A program made the translations under genes and the position numbers. DNA of 62,494 nt, counting the filler, from Pirum gemmata (lineage: Eukaryota): the NCBI GenBank assembly GCA_002812295.1. It is 12 parts of 12 records of this genome, joined end to end, with 100 filler letters (N's around TTAATTAATTAA, not from the genome) between each part and the next. Parts side by side here need not be neighbours in the genome. Positions count along the whole stretch, not along the records: positions 57,081 to 62,494 come from PDIN01000808.1; 11 more parts are not named here. One strand, written 5' to 3'. Under the pieces are notes generated by a model, which worked only from the letters and a program-made list of their open reading frames with translations, searched no databases and was not told the origin of the DNA. Below, in pieces: positions 62,462 to 62,494 of the stretch (its first letter is position 1; the number at the start of each line of letters is the position of its first letter).

Positions 62462-62494
<33 letters not shown>

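Overview
The window is not contiguous. It is 12 unrelated contigs of about 4.9 kb (one of 6.8 kb) joined by artificial 100-nt linkers (N44-TTAATTAATTAA-N44), so adjacency across linkers has no biological meaning. The DNA is from a very AT-rich eukaryote with GT-AG introns and TTAGGG telomeric repeats. Tyrosine-motif scaffolds and Cys-rich receptors suggest a unicellular holozoan-like protist (inference only). The top finding is contig 1 (1-4911), a Ty3/Gypsy-type LTR retrotransposon: Gag CCHC knuckle, in-frame TGA, protease, RT, RNase H, DDE integrase, then a candidate PPT and 3' LTR. It carries a DIRS-type DNA N6-adenine methyltransferase domain (DLFA...NPPF) between RNase H and integrase, split by a -1 frame break just after NPPF. 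Contig 2 holds a beta-class GST pseudogene and what looks like a decayed Polinton-like/virophage major capsid gene beside an NCLDV-like ORF. Other contigs encode two disordered proteins rich in YxN/YDEV/PxxP motifs, a TSP1 and Cys-rich receptor with an NPxF tail, a TNFR-like receptor, a Sel1-repeat protein and gene fragments. The non-coding DNA contains at least five MITE families, (CTAG)n-rich tracts and many interstitial telomeric repeats, one of them inserted with a 5-bp target duplication. All domain calls come from motif recognition by eye; no database searches were run.
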